Shown here piece after piece: positions 62,167 to 64,000 of a stretch of DNA of 64,000 nt. The DNA lies in contig NC_135804.1 in assembly GCF_964213995.1 (NCBI RefSeq), forward strand, positions 67,952,001-68,016,000, in the 5' to 3' direction. The position numbers and the translations under genes were made by a program. The notes below the pieces were generated by a model. That model was not told the DNA's origin. It searched no databases and was given only the letters and a program-made list of their open reading frames with translations. This DNA comes from Mustelus asterias. Taxonomy: Eukaryota. The stretch's first letter is position 1. Every line of letters starts with the position of its first letter.

Positions 62167-64000
62167 CATAGAAACATAGAAAACTACAAAACAGGCCCTT
62201 CGGCCCCACAAGTTGTGCCGAAAATATCCCTACGTGTTAGGCCTATCAATAACCCTCCATCCTATTAAGTCCCATGTACTCATCCAGGAGTCTCTTAAAA
62301 GACCCTATTGAGTTTGCCTCCACCACCACTGATGGCAACCGATTCCATTCGCCCACCACCCTCTGTGTGAAAAGCTTCCCCCTAACATTTCCCCTGTACC
62401 TACCCCCCAGCAACTTAAACCTGTGTCCTCTCGTAGCAGCCATTTCCACCCTGGGAAAATGCCTCTCAGAGCCCACCCGATTTATGACTCTCAACATCCT
62501 CTATACCTCTATTAGGTCTCCTCTCATCCTACGTCTCTCCAAGGAGAAAAGACCGACGTCCCTCAGCCTATCTTCATAAGGCATGCCACGCAATCCAGGC
62601 AACATCCTTGTAAACTCCTCTGCACCCTTTGAATCTTTTCCACATCCTTCCTGTAATGAGGCGGCCAGAATTGAGCACAGGACTCCAAGTGGGGTCTGAC
62701 GGGGGTCTTATATAGCTGCATCATTATCCCCGGACTCCTAAACTCAATCCCTCGATTGATAAAGGCCAGCACATCATACGCCTTCTTAACCACCTCCTCC
62801 ACCTGCGGGGCCGATTTTAGAGCCCTATGGAGCCGGACCCCAAGGTCCTTCTGATCCTCTACCGTACTATGAGTCTTTCCCTTAATATTGTACTCCTTCA
62901 TCCCACTTGACCTGCCAAAATGGACCACTATGCATTTATCTGGGTTGAAGTCCATCTGCCACTTCTCCGCCCAGTCTTGCATCCTATCTATGTCCCTCTG
63001 TAACTTCTGACATCCCTCCAGACTATCCACAACCCCACCAACCTTGGTGTCATCGGCAAACTTACCAACCCATCCCTCCACTTCCTCATCCAGGTTATTT
63101 ATGAAAATGACAAACAGCAAGTGTCCCAGAACTGATCCCTGGGGCACACCACTGGTGACTGACCTCCATTTAGAAAAAGACCCATCTGTACCCACTCTCT
63201 GCCTCCTCTGGGCAAGCCAGTTCTGGATCCACAGGGCAGCAGCCATTTGGATCCCATGCCCTCTCACTTTTTCTAGAAGCTTTGCATGTGGAACCTTATC
63301 GAACGCATTGCTAAAATCCATATAAACCACATCTACCGCTTTCCCTTCGTCATTGTGTTTAGTCACATTTTCGAAGAACTCCACCAGGCTCGTAAGGCAC
63401 GATCTGCCTTTGACAAAGCCATACTGAGTATTGTTGAGCATACTAAACCTCTCTAAATGCTCATAAATCGTTTCCCTCAGGATCTTCTCCATCAGCTTAC
63501 CAACCACTGAGTTTAGACTCAGCGGTCAGTAATTTCCTGGGCTATCCCTATTCCCCTTCTTGAAAATAGGAACCACATCGTCAATCCTCCAATCCTCCGG
63601 CACCTCTCCCGTCTCCATCGACGACGCAAAGATCATCGCGAGAGGTTCTGCAATCTCTTCCCTCGTCTCCCACAGTAACCTGGGGTACATCCGATCCGTA
63701 CCCTGCGACTTATCTACCCTGATGCCATTCAAAGATTCCAGCACGACCTCTTTGTTAAAGTCCACATACTCAATCTTTTCGGTCCACCGCAAGTCCACAG
63801 TACATCCACCCATGTCCTTCTCCTCTGTGAAAACCGAGGCAAAAAACTCATTGAGCACCTCTGCCATTTCTACTGGTTCTGTACAGATTTTCCCGCCTTC
63901 ACCTTTTATAGGCCCTATTCCCTCACGTCTCATCCTTTTACTTTTCACATATTTATAGAACGCCTTAGGGTTTTCCTTTATTCTACTTGGCAAGGCCTTC
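62167..64000 (-). mobile_element. CR1/HER1 LINE ORF2, continuing past the window end
   Basis: ORFs 63526-63993, 62563-63507 and 62246-62497; same subfamily as 16775-21027. Confidence 0.95.

Noticed and set aside
1-64000. Prokaryotic-type systems (operons, CRISPR arrays, rRNA)
   Set aside because: No repeat-spacer array, rRNA or gene-dense structure; the window is vertebrate intronic/intergenic DNA

Overview
This is eukaryotic, repeat-dominated vertebrate DNA. The mix of HE1-type SINEs and HER1/CR1 LINEs points to an elasmobranch, probably a shark (inference). Most of the window is transposon-derived: CR1/HER1 LINEs (one near full length), Rex1/Babar and L2-like LINE fragments, several SINE families, an old LTR-flanked endogenous retrovirus (pol RNase H and env TM relics), a hAT deletion derivative and a 2.3-kb foldback of non-autonomous DNA transposons. 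Between the repeats I could splice together the 3' half of a minus-strand type I membrane receptor, two exons of which the ORF track does not translate. It has an uncharged TM exon (58538-58648), a short cytoplasmic exon (58116-58153) and a terminal exon (42111-42284) carrying an ITIM (LAYAAL) and an ITSM (TEYAAV). This is a SIRP/PD-1/NITR-style inhibitory immune receptor whose ectodomain exons probably lie beyond position 64000. Weaker, degenerate relics of leader, V(J)-type Ig, C1-type Ig and tail exons lie on the plus strand, suggesting a birth-and-death cluster of such receptors. Repeat boundaries are approximate, all translations were done by eye, and no searches were run.
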